From the NCBI RefSeq assembly GCF_001194135.2, contig NC_068996.1, positions 38,084,935 through 38,148,934 of the forward strand: DNA of 64,000 nucleotides, given 5' to 3'. Below the pieces are notes generated by a model. That model ran no database searches. It worked only from the letters and a program-made list of their open reading frames with translations, and was not told where the DNA came from. Shown here piece by piece: positions 63,226-64,000 of this stretch (position 1 is the first letter of the stretch; every line of letters begins with the position of its first letter). Made by a program: the position numbers and the translations under genes. This DNA is from Octopus bimaculoides. Taxonomy: Eukaryota.

Positions 63226-63938
63226 TTGGGTTGTCCCATAAATAATGTGGTTTTTTTCAATTGCATGAACTAAAAGTCAGAGGGGGATGGGATAAACTAC
63301 CTGCATCAACTTGCTATAAAAGCAGATAGTAATTTTACCTTGTCCTTATTCTTAGTGCAAGTTTTGAAGAGTGTAGTTCGATTTTAACAGCTATTTTTTC
63401 AAAGCTATAATGGAAGTGACAAAGGAGCATATTGGGCATATTTTGCTTTATGAGTTCAATAAAGGTAACAACGCAATGGAAAGTACGAGGAATAATAAGG
63501 CAGTATATGGGGAGATAAAAGCACAAGCCAGCATCAACAATGGCTCCAGAAATTCCAAGCCAAAAACTACAGCCTAGAAGACAAGGATGAAATTCCAAAG
63601 GATGGAGTAGTTTGAATGGGAAACAATGCCCCACTCGCCATATTTGTTGGACATTGTCCCTTCTGGTTATTATTTATTCCGCAGTCTTCAAAATCATTTG
63701 GACAGAAAAAATATGAATTCTGTAGACGGGGTCAGAACAGTACTGGAGGAGTATTTTTCAGCACAGAACAGTGAATTTTGGAAGAGGGGTCTTGCAAGTC
63801 TACCAGGTAGATAGAAGAGCTTTGTAGAAAATGAAGGAGAGTGTATTTTAGATTTAAAAAAAAAAAACACTTTGTTTATCTTAATTTTGAAAAATAAAAG
63901 TCGTATAAAAAAATTGCATTATTTATGGGATGACCCAA
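63226..63938 (+). mobile_element. Internally deleted mariner
   Basis: TA TSDs, TIRs TTGGGTTGTCCCATAAATAATG; HILLYEFNKGNNA and HSPYLLDIVPSGYYLFRSLQNHL motifs. Confidence 0.88.
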
Positions 63939-64000
63939 TATACATATATGTGTGTGTGTGTGAACAATGAACAATGAGAATGGGTGCTCAACACTAAATT

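Overview
AT-rich, repeat-dense eukaryotic genomic DNA with many N gaps beside (TA)n/(CA)n/(AG)n microsatellites. The repeat landscape suggests an octopus/coleoid cephalopod (inference, not verified). One host gene is clear: NECAP (adaptin ear-binding coat-associated protein), + strand, 7 coding exons from 10292 to 45125, 891 nt = 296 aa, ending in the AP-2-binding WVQF motif. The rest is mostly transposon debris: three tRNA-derived SINE families, RTE, R4/Dong and CR1-like LINE fragments, a decayed Ty3/Gypsy element split by an RTE LINE, a Copia-like remnant, Tc1/mariner, pogo, hAT, piggyBac and Helitron derivatives, and two Penelope-like (PLE) GIY-YIG fragments. The most striking signal is about 14 type I hammerhead ribozyme (HHR) motifs, intact or decayed, in about 8 mutually unrelated short non-coding repeat families. 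Most are built as fold-back (inverted) pairs with HHRs pointing outward and a one-sided tail, like PLE pseudo-LTRs. One family fuses a tRNA-like Pol III head to an HHR and occurs twice with target-site duplications. HHRs in PLE pseudo-LTRs are established in general; whether these particular families are described could not be checked. All folds were derived by eye, and repeat boundaries are approximate unless a TSD/TIR is quoted.
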